A DNA stretch of 64,000 bases from an uncultured Chloroflexia bacterium. GTDB lineage: Bacteria > Chloroflexota > Limnocylindria > Limnocylindrales > CSP1-4. This document shows, piece by piece, positions 20,931 through 31,675 of the stretch. The stretch spans positions 64,001 through 128,000 of the forward strand of contig CAVVYR010000029.1 in assembly GCA_963752475.1 (NCBI GenBank), in the 5' to 3' direction. The position numbers and the translations under genes are program-made. The notes under the pieces were generated by a model. That model was given only the letters and a program-made list of their open reading frames with translations. It searched no databases and was not told the DNA's origin. Position 1 is the first letter of the stretch. Every line of letters begins with the position of its first letter.

Positions 20931-21932
20931 CTATCCGGTCGGGACGGTCGAGCCCCGGATGAGCAGCTCCGTGGGGAGGATCACGCGCTGGGGCACGGTG
21001 TGGCGGTCCGAAAGCAGTCGGAAGAGCGTGCGCGCCGCTTCCTTGCCCAGCAAGCGCTCGTCCTGCCGCATCGTCGTGAGCGGCGGACCCGCCGTCGGTG
21101 CCTCGGCCACGTCGTCGAACCCGGCGACGGCGACTTCCTGAGGCACGCGCACACCACGACGTCGCAACTCGTCGAGCGCACCCAGGGCCATGGAGTCACT
21201 GGCCGCGAAGATCGCGTCGACGCCAGTCTCGAGGAGCGCGACCGCACCGTCGGTGCCCGACCGTCTAAGGTAGTCACCGCGATACACGAGCCCATCGGTA
21301 GGCAGCCCGGCACGGGCCATGGCTCGGTGATAGCCGGTGAGGCGCTCAGCGGCCGAGGTCCCGCCCTGACGACCAGCGATGTGACCGATGCGTGTCCGCC
21401 CGATCGACAGCAGATGGTCGACCACCTGCTCGGCAGCCCGTTCGTTGTGGATGTCGATGTAGCTGGCCGAGCGATCCTGGTGTCGGTGACCGATGAGCAC
21501 GGTCGGAAGCTCTGACGCCACCAGCCCGTCAACCAGCGGGTCGTCGAGCGTGTCGGCCGTGACCAGCAGGCCGTCGAACAGACGCATGCCCAGGATGCGC
21601 TCGAGCGTCTGCTCCTTCGACAGGTTCGCGAGCCAGAGCATCATGCCCGCATCCTTCTCCGCGAGGCCTTCGGTGATGCCGTGGAAGAGGCCGGAGAAGA
21701 AGGGGTCCTGGAAGAGCGTGTCCGGGTTGACGTGGATGACCACACCCACGACGCCCGACCGGCCGGAGGCCAACGTGCGGGCGACGAGGTTGGGCCGATA
21801 GCCGGTCTCCTCCATGGCCTCGAGCACGCGCTGGCGAGTAGCTTGCGAGACCGAGCCGCCGTTGAGCACGCGCGAGACCGTCGATCGCGAGACGCCACTG
21901 ACGGCCGCGACGTCCTCCAGCTTCCCGCTCAT
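20931..21932 (-). CDS. LacI family regulator
   Basis: LEDVAAVSGVSRSTVSRVLN; VPQEVAVAGFDD, PPLTT. Confidence 0.95.
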   Translation of the reverse strand: MSGKLEDVAAVSGVSRSTVSRVLNGGSVSQATRQRVLEAMEETGYRPNLVARTLASGRSGVVGVVIHVNPDTLFQDPFFSGLFHGITEGLAEKDAGMMLWLANLSKEQTLERILGMRLFDGLLVTADTLDDPLVDGLVASELPTVLIGHRHQDRSASYIDIHNERAAEQVVDHLLSIGRTRIGHIAGRQGGTSAAERLTGYHRAMARAGLPTDGLVYRGDYLRRSGTDGAVALLETGVDAIFAASDSMALGALDELRRRGVRVPQEVAVAGFDDVAEAPTAGPPLTTMRQDERLLGKEAARTLFRLLSDRHTVPQRVILPTELLIRGSTVPTG

Positions 21933-22090
21933 GCTGATCCTCTCTCCATGCTGGCCATACCTGCCTCCGGCGCGCTCCACACGACGGCTCACTATGCACC
22001 GTGCGCCAAGGTGCGGTCAGCGTGGCCCTGCATCGAGGGCCATGGGGTGTTCTCGGTGCATTCGTTTGCTACGATGGAAGCATCCGCCGC

Positions 22091-22154
22091 GCAGGCGTAC
22101 GGGGCTCGTCCAGCCGACCAGATCGGTCAGCAGATGCAAGAGCCCGCGACCTGT
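22091..22154 (+). ncRNA. Candidate cis-regulatory leader hairpin upstream of the sugar ABC ATPase
   Basis: Nested stems GCAGG/CCTGT, GGGCTC/GAGCCC and GCCGACC/GGTCAGC lie between an extended -10 (TGcTACGAT, 22067-22075) and the GGAGGAGGAGG RBS. Confidence 0.45.
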
Positions 22155-22175
22155 CGGAGGAGGAGGTATGCCGGT

Positions 22176-23342
<1,167 letters not shown>

Positions 23343-23381
23343 ACCGACCCCAAGCCGGCATCACCGGCTCCACACACGACG

Positions 23382-23417
23382 AGGCGCCTCACCCGGAGGG
23401 TGGGGTGCCTTTCTATT
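23382..23417 (+). terminator. Intrinsic terminator
   Basis: AGGCGCCTCACCC-GGA-GGGTGGGGTGCCT stem followed by TTCTATT. Confidence 0.7.
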
Positions 23418-23503
23418 CGCGTCGACCGGATCGCGGAGAGGCTCTAGCAGGTCGGCCGCGTAGAATCGGGTCTGTCCGGCCATCGACGAGGGAGGAGTAC
23501 CGA

Positions 23504-24373
23504 GTGGCAGACCTGCCGTTCATCGACACGCACGTCCATTTCTACGACCTCGAGAACCCGAGACTGCGCTACGACCTGCTCAGGCCGGGTGCCAAACACG
23601 AGATCATCGAGGACATCCGCGCCATCAAGGCCTCCCGCTACTGGGCTGACGACTGGCTGGCCGAGACGCGTTTCGCCAATGTCGCCAAGTCGATCCACGT
23701 GCAGTGTGCCGGCGGGATCGTGGACCCGGTCGAGGAGACAAGGTGGATCCAGGCCTTCGCTGACCGACTGGGCCATCCGCATGGCATCGTGGCCGAGGTC
23801 CACCTTGCAGAGCCGGATGCTGAAGCGGTCATCGAACGCCACCTGGAGTTCGCCAATGTCCGCGGCGTCCGTGAGTACCGCGATGACGACTACCTCCTGG
23901 ATCCGGCTTGGCAGCGCGGCTTCTCATCCCTCGACAAGCACGGCCTCCTCAGCTGCGTGCACGCCAAGCCCGAGACCTACGCAGACGTCAAGGCGCTCGC
24001 GACCAAGCATTCCAACATGATCGTGTGCCTGGACCACGCCGGCTTTCCTCGCGGGCGCGACCCCGAGTACTTCGCGTTGTGGAGGCGGGAGATCCTGAAC
24101 CTCGCCGAAGCGCCCAATGTCATCGTCAAGGTCTCGGGCCTCGACATCTGCGACCCTCGCTGGACGATCGACTCGGTCCGCCCATGGGTCTCGACCTGCA
24201 TCGAAGCCTTTGGGCCCGCGCGCACGATCTTCGCCTCGAACTGGCCCTTCGGGCGTCTGTTCGCCTCTTACCCCGATGTGGTCGACACCTGGGCGGCGCT
24301 GATCAGCGAGTACTCCGATGGCGAGCAAGCGGCCATGTTCAGTGGCAACGCGGAGCGCTACTTCCGCATCTGA
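23504..24373 (+). CDS. Amidohydrolase-2 family, sugar-lactonase-like (L-fuconolactonase type)
   Basis: IDTHVHFYD, CLDHAG, NVIVKVSG, FGPARTIFASNWP, NAERYF; GGAGGAG RBS; TAGAAT -10 at 23461. Confidence 0.8.
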   Translation: MADLPFIDTHVHFYDLENPRLRYDLLRPGAKHEIIEDIRAIKASRYWADDWLAETRFANVAKSIHVQCAGGIVDPVEETRWIQAFADRLGHPHGIVAEVHLAEPDAEAVIERHLEFANVRGVREYRDDDYLLDPAWQRGFSSLDKHGLLSCVHAKPETYADVKALATKHSNMIVCLDHAGFPRGRDPEYFALWRREILNLAEAPNVIVKVSGLDICDPRWTIDSVRPWVSTCIEAFGPARTIFASNWPFGRLFASYPDVVDTWAALISEYSDGEQAAMFSGNAERYFRI

Positions 24374-24420
24374 CCACGGAAGGCTTGCCTGCACCAGCGC
24401 CCCGCGCTAGGCTGAACGAG

Positions 24421-24438
24421 GCGTGTATGCACACCTGC
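24421..24438. promoter_or_regulatory. Island operator site 1 (dhaKL)
   Basis: GCGTGTATGCACACCTGC just downstream of a TAGGCT -10 (24408). Confidence 0.55.
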
Positions 24439-24478
24439 ATGCGAGTCGGGCTCAGACAGGCAGATCGAGGAGTGAAAC

Positions 24479-25483
24479 ATGCAGCGCATCATCGATGACC
24501 CGACACTGGTCGTGGAGGACATGCTGCGCGGCTTCCTGCGCGCCCATCCCGGCCTCGTAGCCCCGACCGATGATCCGCGCGTCGTGCGCTACGTAGGCGC
24601 ACCGGTCGACGGCAAGGTCGGCATCGTCACCGGTGGTGGCTCCGGGCACAAGCCCGCCTTCATCGGCTATCTCGGGCGCAACATGGTCGATGCCGTGGCC
24701 GTCGGTGAGATCTTCAGCTCCCCTTCGGCATCGGCGTTCCTGAACGCCTTCAAGGCGGCTGACGCTGGCGCCGGGGTGGCCTGCCTCTACGGCAACTATG
24801 CGGGCGACAACATGAACGTCAAGCTGGCGCGCAGGAAGGCCGAGAAGGCGGGCATCCGCGTCGAGACCGTCATCGCCAACGATGACGTGCCCTCTGCGCC
24901 ACCCGACGAGCGTGAGAAGCGCCGTGGCGTCGCGGGCGAAGTCCTGCTGTGGAAGGTCGGCGGCGCCAAGGCCGCCCTCGGAGGAACGCTCGACGAGGTC
25001 ATCGCAGCGGCACAGAAGGCCATCGACAACACGCGCAGCATCGGCGTGGGCCTGACCCCCTGCACCATCCCGGCCCTGGGCAAGCCCAACTTCAGCATCG
25101 AGCCCGGGATGATGGAGGTCGGTATCGGCCACCACGGCGAACCGGGCGTCTCGGTCGAGTCGCTCAAACCCGCGAAGGACATCGCCCGCGGGATGATGGA
25201 CGTCATCCTGCCGGACCTGCCCTTCGAGCGCGGCGATGAGGTCACCATCCTGGTCTCCGGGCTCGGCGCCACGCCGGTGATGGAGCTGTACATCCTCTTC
25301 GACCACATCGCGGCCATGGCCGAGGAGGTCGGCTTGTCCATCCACCGGCCGTACGTCGGCAACTACTTCACCTCCCTCGAGATGATGGGTGCGACCGTCA
25401 CGCTCATGCGGCTCGACCAAGAACTCAAGACCTGCCTCGACCTCGAGGCTGACAGCGTCGGCCTACGCCAGTTCCCCGCATGA
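24479..25483 (+). CDS. dhaK: Dihydroxyacetone/erythrulose kinase, DhaK subunit
   Basis: GGGSGHKP, GNYAGD, RRGVAG, GIGHHGEPG, FTSLEM. Confidence 0.9.
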   Translation: MQRIIDDPTLVVEDMLRGFLRAHPGLVAPTDDPRVVRYVGAPVDGKVGIVTGGGSGHKPAFIGYLGRNMVDAVAVGEIFSSPSASAFLNAFKAADAGAGVACLYGNYAGDNMNVKLARRKAEKAGIRVETVIANDDVPSAPPDEREKRRGVAGEVLLWKVGGAKAALGGTLDEVIAAAQKAIDNTRSIGVGLTPCTIPALGKPNFSIEPGMMEVGIGHHGEPGVSVESLKPAKDIARGMMDVILPDLPFERGDEVTILVSGLGATPVMELYILFDHIAAMAEEVGLSIHRPYVGNYFTSLEMMGATVTLMRLDQELKTCLDLEADSVGLRQFPA

Positions 25484-26136
25484 CCAGCGAACGATCCTTC
25501 GCCAACCGCGATGGCCGGGTCATCATCGACGCGCTCATCGCCGCCATCGAGGACAACGCCGAGAGCCTCAGCCAGATCGACGGTGCCATCGGCGACGGTG
25601 ACCACGGCATCAACATGCGCAAGGGCTTCCTCATGGTCCGCGACGAGCTCGATGGCGAGATCGAGCTCTCGGCCGGCCTGACGCTCATCGGCGACACCCT
25701 CATGATCCGCATCGGCGGCGCGATGGGGCCGCTCTACGGCAGCTTCTTCAGCGAGATGGGGGATGCCTGTGAGGGCCTCGAGCGGATCGACGCGGCCAGC
25801 TTCGGCCGCATGCTCGATGCCGGACGCGAGGCAGTCGAGGACATCGGCGAGGCCCAGGTGGGCGACAAGACGCTGCTCGACACGCTCGTGCCTGCGATGG
25901 AGGCCTATCACGCGTCGATCGCCGCCGGCGACTCGTTCGCGGACGCGCTGGCGGCCTTGAGCAAGGCCGCTGAGAGCGGGAAGGACTCGACGCGGGACCT
26001 GGTCGCCAAGGTTGGCCGGGCTAGCCGCCTTGGCGAACGCTCAAGAGGGGTGCTGGACGCTGGGGCCACCTCCTGTTGGCTCCTGCTCGCCGCCATGGCC
26101 ACGTCGATGCGACAGCTGTTGACTGCGGCCGACTGA
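25480..26136 (+). CDS. dhaL: Dihydroxyacetone/erythrulose kinase, DhaL subunit
   Basis: GDGDHG, GGAMGPLYG, GDKTLLD, GRASRLGERS, DAGA; ATGA overlap with dhaK. Confidence 0.92.
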   Translation: MTSERSFANRDGRVIIDALIAAIEDNAESLSQIDGAIGDGDHGINMRKGFLMVRDELDGEIELSAGLTLIGDTLMIRIGGAMGPLYGSFFSEMGDACEGLERIDAASFGRMLDAGREAVEDIGEAQVGDKTLLDTLVPAMEAYHASIAAGDSFADALAALSKAAESGKDSTRDLVAKVGRASRLGERSRGVLDAGATSCWLLLAAMATSMRQLLTAAD

Positions 26137-26171
26137 TCGACGGGAGCCGGGTCTGGACCCGCTCGCAGCCG

Positions 26172-27191
26172 TCAGGGGCGGATGACCGTCTTGACGATGT
26201 CGGCGTCACGGGCAGTGCGGTGGAAGGCCTCCACGGCCTCTTCGAGCCGGACGTCGAGCGTGAGGATGTTCGTCACCGGGACCGAGCCCTCCGCGATGAG
26301 TTCGATGGCACGCTCGACGGCAGCACGCGTGACGCCGACGCTGGCGTGGATGGTCAGATTGTTCCAGACGACTTTGAACTCGTCGATCTCCACGACACGA
26401 CCGACGTTGCCGAGCCAGACGATCTGGCCGCCGCCAGCGGTAGCATCCACCGCGCTCGCGACCGAGGCCGTGGTGCCCACCGCTTCGACCGTCAGGTCCA
26501 CACCGCGGCCATCGGTGGCGGCCGCCAGTCGGTCGGCAGCATCGGCGGCGGTCGGGTCGAGCACGTGCGTCGCACCCATCTCCTGCGCGATCTGGCGCCG
26601 CTTCTCGAGCGGCTCGAGGACGATGAGTCGGCGAGGCCGGTGCAACGCCAGGACGGCGGCGGCGATGAGCCCGATCGGTCCCCCGCCCACCACCGCGACG
26701 CTGTCGCCGGCATCGACCTTGGCGCGTGAGAGGCCCTTGACCACGACGGCCAGTGGTTCGATCAGGGCCGCTTGCTTGAAGCTGACCTCATCCGGGATGG
26801 GGATGGCCGTGCGCTCACGGATGCGAAAGAGCTCTGCGAACGCGCCCGGGAGGTCGCCTCCATACACCTTGCGATGGGGGCACAGGTCGAAGGCGCCGCG
26901 CCGACACTGGTCACAATCCGCGCACCACTCCATGGGCATGCTGAAGACACGATCTCCGGGCGAGACGGCCCGCACTCCAGTGCCAACGGCGACCACCTCG
27001 CCGCAGGCCTCATGGCCCATGACGAGCGGTGCGACCCGACGGCCATTCTTGCCGTCGTAGCCGTGCGTGTCCGATCCACACACGCTGGCGGCTCGGACGC
27101 GCACCAGCACATCGTCTTCTCGCTCGATGATGGGGTCGGGTTGATCGACGATCTCCAGCGTCGAAGGGGCGCTGAGCAGCATCGCTCTCAT
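26172..27191 (-). CDS. Zn-dependent polyol/sugar-acid dehydrogenase (MDR family)
   Basis: CGSD, GHE, CxxCxxCx7C, GGGPIG. Confidence 0.9.
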   Translation of the reverse strand: MRAMLLSAPSTLEIVDQPDPIIEREDDVLVRVRAASVCGSDTHGYDGKNGRRVAPLVMGHEACGEVVAVGTGVRAVSPGDRVFSMPMEWCADCDQCRRGAFDLCPHRKVYGGDLPGAFAELFRIRERTAIPIPDEVSFKQAALIEPLAVVVKGLSRAKVDAGDSVAVVGGGPIGLIAAAVLALHRPRRLIVLEPLEKRRQIAQEMGATHVLDPTAADAADRLAAATDGRGVDLTVEAVGTTASVASAVDATAGGGQIVWLGNVGRVVEIDEFKVVWNNLTIHASVGVTRAAVERAIELIAEGSVPVTNILTLDVRLEEAVEAFHRTARDADIVKTVIRP

Positions 27192-27239
27192 GTCGTCAGT
27201 CCTTATGTCGGAGGCTGCGGCAGCGGGTCGGTACCTACC

Positions 27240-27989
27240 CTAGGCCCGAACGGCCTTCACTCGCTGCACGTACTCCCTGAGCATCGGTTCCGCCTCAGGC
27301 CCAAGCAGGTAGGGGTGGCCGATGAGGACGATGTCTGCGCCAGCCGCCACGGCCGCCTCGCCGCCAGCCGGATCGAAGGTAACCACCCCCACCGGGACGT
27401 CGACGGCCGCCTTGGTGCGGGTGAGCATATCGATCGTATCGTCAGCGTCCGGATCCTCCAAGCGCGCATCGCCACCGTAGTGGACGAGCACAACCTGGGC
27501 CCCCATGTCCACGACCTCGCGGGCTCTTGCCACCGGGTCTGGCGCAGCGTAAAGATCGACGACGACGGTGATACCGGTTTCCGCCTGACCCTCGAGCGCT
27601 TGGCGGATGCTGGCATCGTGGGCGACCCCGCAGATGGTCACGAAGTCGGCACCCATCGAGGCCGCCGAGACGACGTACTTCTTGGCACCATCGACGATCT
27701 TGACGTCGGCCAGGACCGGATCATCGGGGAACGCCTGCTTGAACGGCTCCATCACCGACAGTCCCTGGTAGAGCACCAGGGGCGTACCGAACTCCAGCAG
27801 GTCGACCCCGGCACGCTTGGCCATGTGCCCGATCTCGATAGCCTGATCGACCGTGGGGACGTCGATCGACACCTGCACGATGGGGGCCGGCGTGGCCATG
27901 AGCGCGTCGAGTGCGGCAGAACGGGCCAGGGTCCGGGCCGCTGCCGCGCTGGCGCCCGCCGGAGGTTTGGGTCGTGTCGGAGTCGTCAT
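27240..27989 (-). CDS. 3-hexulose-6-phosphate synthase/KGPDC-like protein (OMPDC superfamily)
   Basis: VQVSID, EFGTPL, LADVKIVD, VHYGGD (HxGxD as in HPS). Confidence 0.8.
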   Translation of the reverse strand: MTTPTRPKPPAGASAAAARTLARSAALDALMATPAPIVQVSIDVPTVDQAIEIGHMAKRAGVDLLEFGTPLVLYQGLSVMEPFKQAFPDDPVLADVKIVDGAKKYVVSAASMGADFVTICGVAHDASIRQALEGQAETGITVVVDLYAAPDPVARAREVVDMGAQVVLVHYGGDARLEDPDADDTIDMLTRTKAAVDVPVGVVTFDPAGGEAAVAAGADIVLIGHPYLLGPEAEPMLREYVQRVKAVRA

Positions 27990-28055
27990 TCCATCGCTCC
28001 CTCGTGTCCGGGCGCTGGTGCGCGATCTCGGCAAGTTGAGGCTTGCCTGCGGGAC

Positions 28056-28073
28056 GTGTGCATGCAAGCATAT
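28056..28073. promoter_or_regulatory. Island operator site 2 (divergent HPS-like / aldolase promoters)
   Basis: GTGTGCATGCAAGCATAT. Confidence 0.65.
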
Positions 28074-28128
28074 CAGGGTACACAGGCGAGAATCAACGCA
28101 GAGCAACCAGGAAGCCACCAGGAGCCGC

Positions 28129-29172
28129 ATGAGCGAGACGTATTTCGAATGGCTACGCCACCAGACACCGAGCCGTGTCTGGATCAACAACCCCACCGCT
28201 GCGGAGATCGAGCTCTCGCTCGCGCAGGGCGCGGTCGCATGCACCACCAACCCCGCCTACGGGGGCAACCTGCTTGGCCGAGCCCCTGCCGAGATCCGAC
28301 CGGACATCGTGGAAGTCGCCGCTGGAGGAGCCAGAGGCGACGTGGCCGTGGCGCTCGTGCAGGAGCGTCTGATCGCTCGCATCCTGCCGCACTTCGCCGC
28401 CATCCATGAGCGCAGCGGTGGCCGCGAGGGCTGGGTCTCGATGCAGGGTGCGCCGGAGCTGGACACCTCGCTCGATCCCATCCTTGACGCTGCGCGCGCG
28501 GCCCGCTCGCTGGCGGACAACTGCATCCCCAAGATCCCCGCCACCGTGCCCGGCCTAGCCGCGCTCGATGTGCTGGTGCGGGAAGACGAGCCCGTGCTGA
28601 TGACGGAGGTCTTCAGCCTGGCCCAGGTCGTTCAGACCTGCGAGCGCTACCAGCGGGCCTCGGCGGAGAGCGGCAACGAGCCAGTCTTCATCATGGCGCC
28701 CATCACAGGCATCTTCGGCGATCACCTCAAGAAGGTCGCGGCTCGAGAAGGCACGACCATCGCGGCCGAGGCCGTGATGTGGGCGGGCGTCATCTGGGCT
28801 CGGGCTGCCAAGCGACTGGTCGACGAGCGCCACTACCCGGTGCAGCTGCTGTATGGGGGAGCCAGGAACACGGCCGACCTGACCGGGCTGGTGGGCGGGC
28901 CCCATGCGGCTACGGTCAACTGGTCGACCTACGTGGAGGTCCTTGAAGCGGATCCCGAGCGACGCCAGACCGTGAACGAGCCGGCGCCGGCGGACATCGA
29001 AGAGCAGCTGCTCGAGACGTTCGAGGACTTCCGCCTAGCGATGGATGAGCAGGGCTTGAGAGCCGACGAGTTCGAGGACTTCGGACCGGTGCAGCACTTC
29101 CGCGATGCATTCATCGCGGGCTGGGCGGCGGTTCGCGACGCCATCGACGAAGAGGTAGCCGCAGGAACCTGA
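28129..29172 (+). CDS. Divergent transaldolase-family (class I aldolase) protein
   Basis: CTTNP and Schiff-base KIPAT are present; many other active-site residues are substituted. AGGAG RBS. Confidence 0.8.
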   Translation: MSETYFEWLRHQTPSRVWINNPTAAEIELSLAQGAVACTTNPAYGGNLLGRAPAEIRPDIVEVAAGGARGDVAVALVQERLIARILPHFAAIHERSGGREGWVSMQGAPELDTSLDPILDAARAARSLADNCIPKIPATVPGLAALDVLVREDEPVLMTEVFSLAQVVQTCERYQRASAESGNEPVFIMAPITGIFGDHLKKVAAREGTTIAAEAVMWAGVIWARAAKRLVDERHYPVQLLYGGARNTADLTGLVGGPHAATVNWSTYVEVLEADPERRQTVNEPAPADIEEQLLETFEDFRLAMDEQGLRADEFEDFGPVQHFRDAFIAGWAAVRDAIDEEVAAGT

Positions 29173-29219
29173 GCCGGCGGCGGCCAGCGGCTCGATGAGC
29201 CACAGCCCCCGGGCGCCCG

Positions 29220-30374
29220 CTAGCGGTAGACGCCGGCCTCTCGGAATGCCTCCACCATGGCCACGATGTTCTCGGGCGGTACATCCGCCTGGATGTTGTG
29301 GACCGTGGCGAAGATGTAGCCGCCGCCGGGCATAAGCGTCTCGACGTTCCGTAGCACCTGCTCGCGGACCTCGAGCGGCGTCCCGCGCGGCAGCACCTTC
29401 TGCGTGTCGACGCCGCCGCCCCAGAAGGCGATCTCGCGCCCGTACTCACGCTTGAGTTCCGGCAGGTCCATGCCTTCGGCTGTGAACTGCACCGGGTTGA
29501 GCCCGTCCACGCCGGCCTCGATGAGATCGGGGATGAGCGACTTGATGGCGCCATCCGAGTGCAGGAAGACCTTGGCCCGGCTGTTGGCATGGACGAAGGC
29601 GTACAGCTCCGAGATGCGCGGCTTGATCATCTTGCGCCACAGGTCCGGAGCGATGAGCGGAGCCATCTGGCTGCCGTAGTCGTCGGCATCGTAGATGACA
29701 TCGAGGATGTCCCCGATCTCCCCGAAGACGGTCTCCCAGAAGCGCAGCTTGATCTCAAGGGCCTGGTCGAGGATGGCACCGGCCAGCGCCTGGTCCTGGA
29801 CCAGGTCCATGAAGAAGCGCTCGAAACCCCGCATCCACAGCGAAACCTCCAGCGTCCCGGGGATGATGCCCTTGCAGGCAGAGGCTCGATGCTCTTCGAA
29901 GACGACGCGCTCGCAGTCAGCTCGGATGTTGCTGAAGCGATGTGGGTCGGTGGGGTCGGGCCAGGGATACGCGGCCACCTCTGCCGGAGTCGTCACATCC
30001 GCCAGTGGACTGTCGTAGAGATCGTAGTAGAGGCCACCGTCCTTGGGCTGGCGCCAACCCATCCCGTACTCGTCGGTGAGCTCACGGTACTCCCCTGCTT
30101 CCCTGACCTCCAGATGCCAGCTGGCCGGATCGGGCGGACCCGTGGCCACGATCCCCACGTCAGCGCCCAGCAGGTCCTGGACGTCACGGTCGGTCCAGGC
30201 CAGCCCAAGACGGATATCCGCGACGTTGACCTCCGGGGAGAGCCCCAAGTACTCGCGCAATCGGCGGTAGGCGATGTGGTGGCTGCTGGTGACGAACGTG
30301 CCCCCGAAGTCATAGGGCACACGGTCAGGCTCGCGGTGGTCGAGCGCGGCGAGGACGCGTTCGCGCGAGGTCAT
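29220..30374 (-). CDS. Uroporphyrinogen decarboxylase (URO-D)-fold protein 1
   Basis: MTSRERV..EPDRVP, DEYG, RGFERFFMDL, DDYG, HSDG, NPVQ, FWGGGVDTQ, GGYIFATVHNIQ. Confidence 0.88.
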   Translation of the reverse strand: MTSRERVLAALDHREPDRVPYDFGGTFVTSSHHIAYRRLREYLGLSPEVNVADIRLGLAWTDRDVQDLLGADVGIVATGPPDPASWHLEVREAGEYRELTDEYGMGWRQPKDGGLYYDLYDSPLADVTTPAEVAAYPWPDPTDPHRFSNIRADCERVVFEEHRASACKGIIPGTLEVSLWMRGFERFFMDLVQDQALAGAILDQALEIKLRFWETVFGEIGDILDVIYDADDYGSQMAPLIAPDLWRKMIKPRISELYAFVHANSRAKVFLHSDGAIKSLIPDLIEAGVDGLNPVQFTAEGMDLPELKREYGREIAFWGGGVDTQKVLPRGTPLEVREQVLRNVETLMPGGGYIFATVHNIQADVPPENIVAMVEAFREAGVYR

Positions 30375-30394
30375 GTCACCTCTGGAGGCGGCTG

Positions 30395-30412
30395 GTATGC
30401 GTGTATACACAC
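30395..30412. promoter_or_regulatory. Island operator site 3 (URO-D 1)
   Basis: Minus strand GTGTGTATACACGCATAC, just downstream of a TATACT -10 (30417-30422). Confidence 0.7.
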
Positions 30413-30467
30413 TAACAGTATAGTGGCTCGGGCCGACGCCGGCCAGTCGGGTCGCGGCTGACGCGAG

Positions 30468-31664
30468 CTACTCGATGGGGGCGGTCGACTCGCGCACGAT
30501 GAGCTCGACGGAGATGTCCTGCACGGTAGGCACTTCGTCGCCGTCGAGCACCCGGAACAGGGTGGCGGCGGCGGCGCGGCCGAGGTCATAGTAGGAGAGA
30601 CGCACCGTGGTCAGCGGCGGCTGCAGGTGCTGGGCGAACTCCATGTCGTCGAAGCTGACCACGGACAGATCCTGCGGGATGCGCAAGCCCAGTTCTGCGG
30701 CAACTTCGTAGACATCGAGCGCCAGGAAGTCGGCGCCACAGACGATGGCGGTGGGTCGCTCTTCCAGCTCCAGCAGTCGACCCGCGGCTAGCTTGCGGTC
30801 GTCGTCGAAGACGCTGTTCACGGCCGAGACCAACTCCCTCCCGACACGGATGCCATGGCCGTCGAGAGCTTCGATGAACCCAGCCTTGTGATCGCGGTAG
30901 GTATCGGTCGAGGCCGTCGCCGAGAGCAGCCCGATGCGACGATGCCCAAGGGCGACGAGGTGTTCCACGGCCATCGAACCAGCTGTGCGGGCGTCCACCA
31001 GAACCGCCGGCACGCCTGAGGCAGGATGCGTGCGTTTGATCAGGACGGCGCCCAGCTCCTGCTCGGCAGGGATGTCCACCACGCGCCAATCGACATCGCC
31101 CGCCACGCGGAACAACAGCCCATCGACGGGCTGATCGTGCAGCAGCTGGCGCAATGCCGTCGCGGCGGTCAGGGGATCGTTCACTGGCAGCACCGTCAGC
31201 AATGCGTCGCGCTCCCACATCGAAGACGCGATGCCCCCGACCAATTGACCGAAGGATCCACTGTTCTGCCGCCAGGCACTCTCGTTGTAGCCGATGATGA
31301 CGACCGCGATCCGTGCTCGTCGTCTCAGGCCGGTGACGAACGCACCGAGGCCGCCGCGTCGCTCGACGATGCCTTCATTGAGCAGATCGAGCAGAGCACG
31401 GCGAGCGGTTATCGATGACACGCTGAACTCATCACACATCTCACGCAGCGACGGGATGCGATCGCCCTGCTGGAGTTCGCCGGCTTCGATACGGCGGGTG
31501 ATCTCGTCACGGATACGCACGTACCGCGGGACATATGCGTTTTCCCTGCGGCGCGATCGTGACACGCTGGCAAGCATAGCGGTGGAGGGTGAGCCAGGCG
31601 AGGCTGTTCCGCCGTTGCCGCCGCGCGTCGCGGCCGCCGGTTCGACTCGCCGATCACTCGTCAA
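30468..31664 (-). CDS. GntR-HTH + LacI-type sensor chimeric regulator (AraR-like architecture)
   Basis: PRYVRIRDEI..GDRIPS..SVSSITARRAL GntR domain fused to IPQDLSVVSFDD..PPLTTV; TTG start after GGAGG. Confidence 0.9.
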   Translation of the reverse strand: MTSDRRVEPAAATRGGNGGTASPGSPSTAMLASVSRSRRRENAYVPRYVRIRDEITRRIEAGELQQGDRIPSLREMCDEFSVSSITARRALLDLLNEGIVERRGGLGAFVTGLRRRARIAVVIIGYNESAWRQNSGSFGQLVGGIASSMWERDALLTVLPVNDPLTAATALRQLLHDQPVDGLLFRVAGDVDWRVVDIPAEQELGAVLIKRTHPASGVPAVLVDARTAGSMAVEHLVALGHRRIGLLSATASTDTYRDHKAGFIEALDGHGIRVGRELVSAVNSVFDDDRKLAAGRLLELEERPTAIVCGADFLALDVYEVAAELGLRIPQDLSVVSFDDMEFAQHLQPPLTTVRLSYYDLGRAAAATLFRVLDGDEVPTVQDISVELIVRESTAPIE

Positions 31665-31675
31665 GGGGCCACCTC

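Noticed and set aside
21966-21980. CelR/BglR-type operator upstream of the second LacI gene
   Set aside because: Only a partial match (TGGAGCGCGCC) to TGGGAGCGCTCCCA; could arise by chance in GC-rich DNA.
29220-30374. URO-D proteins as heme-pathway HemE
   Set aside because: They lack the HemE N-terminal RQAGR motif and have no hem gene context.
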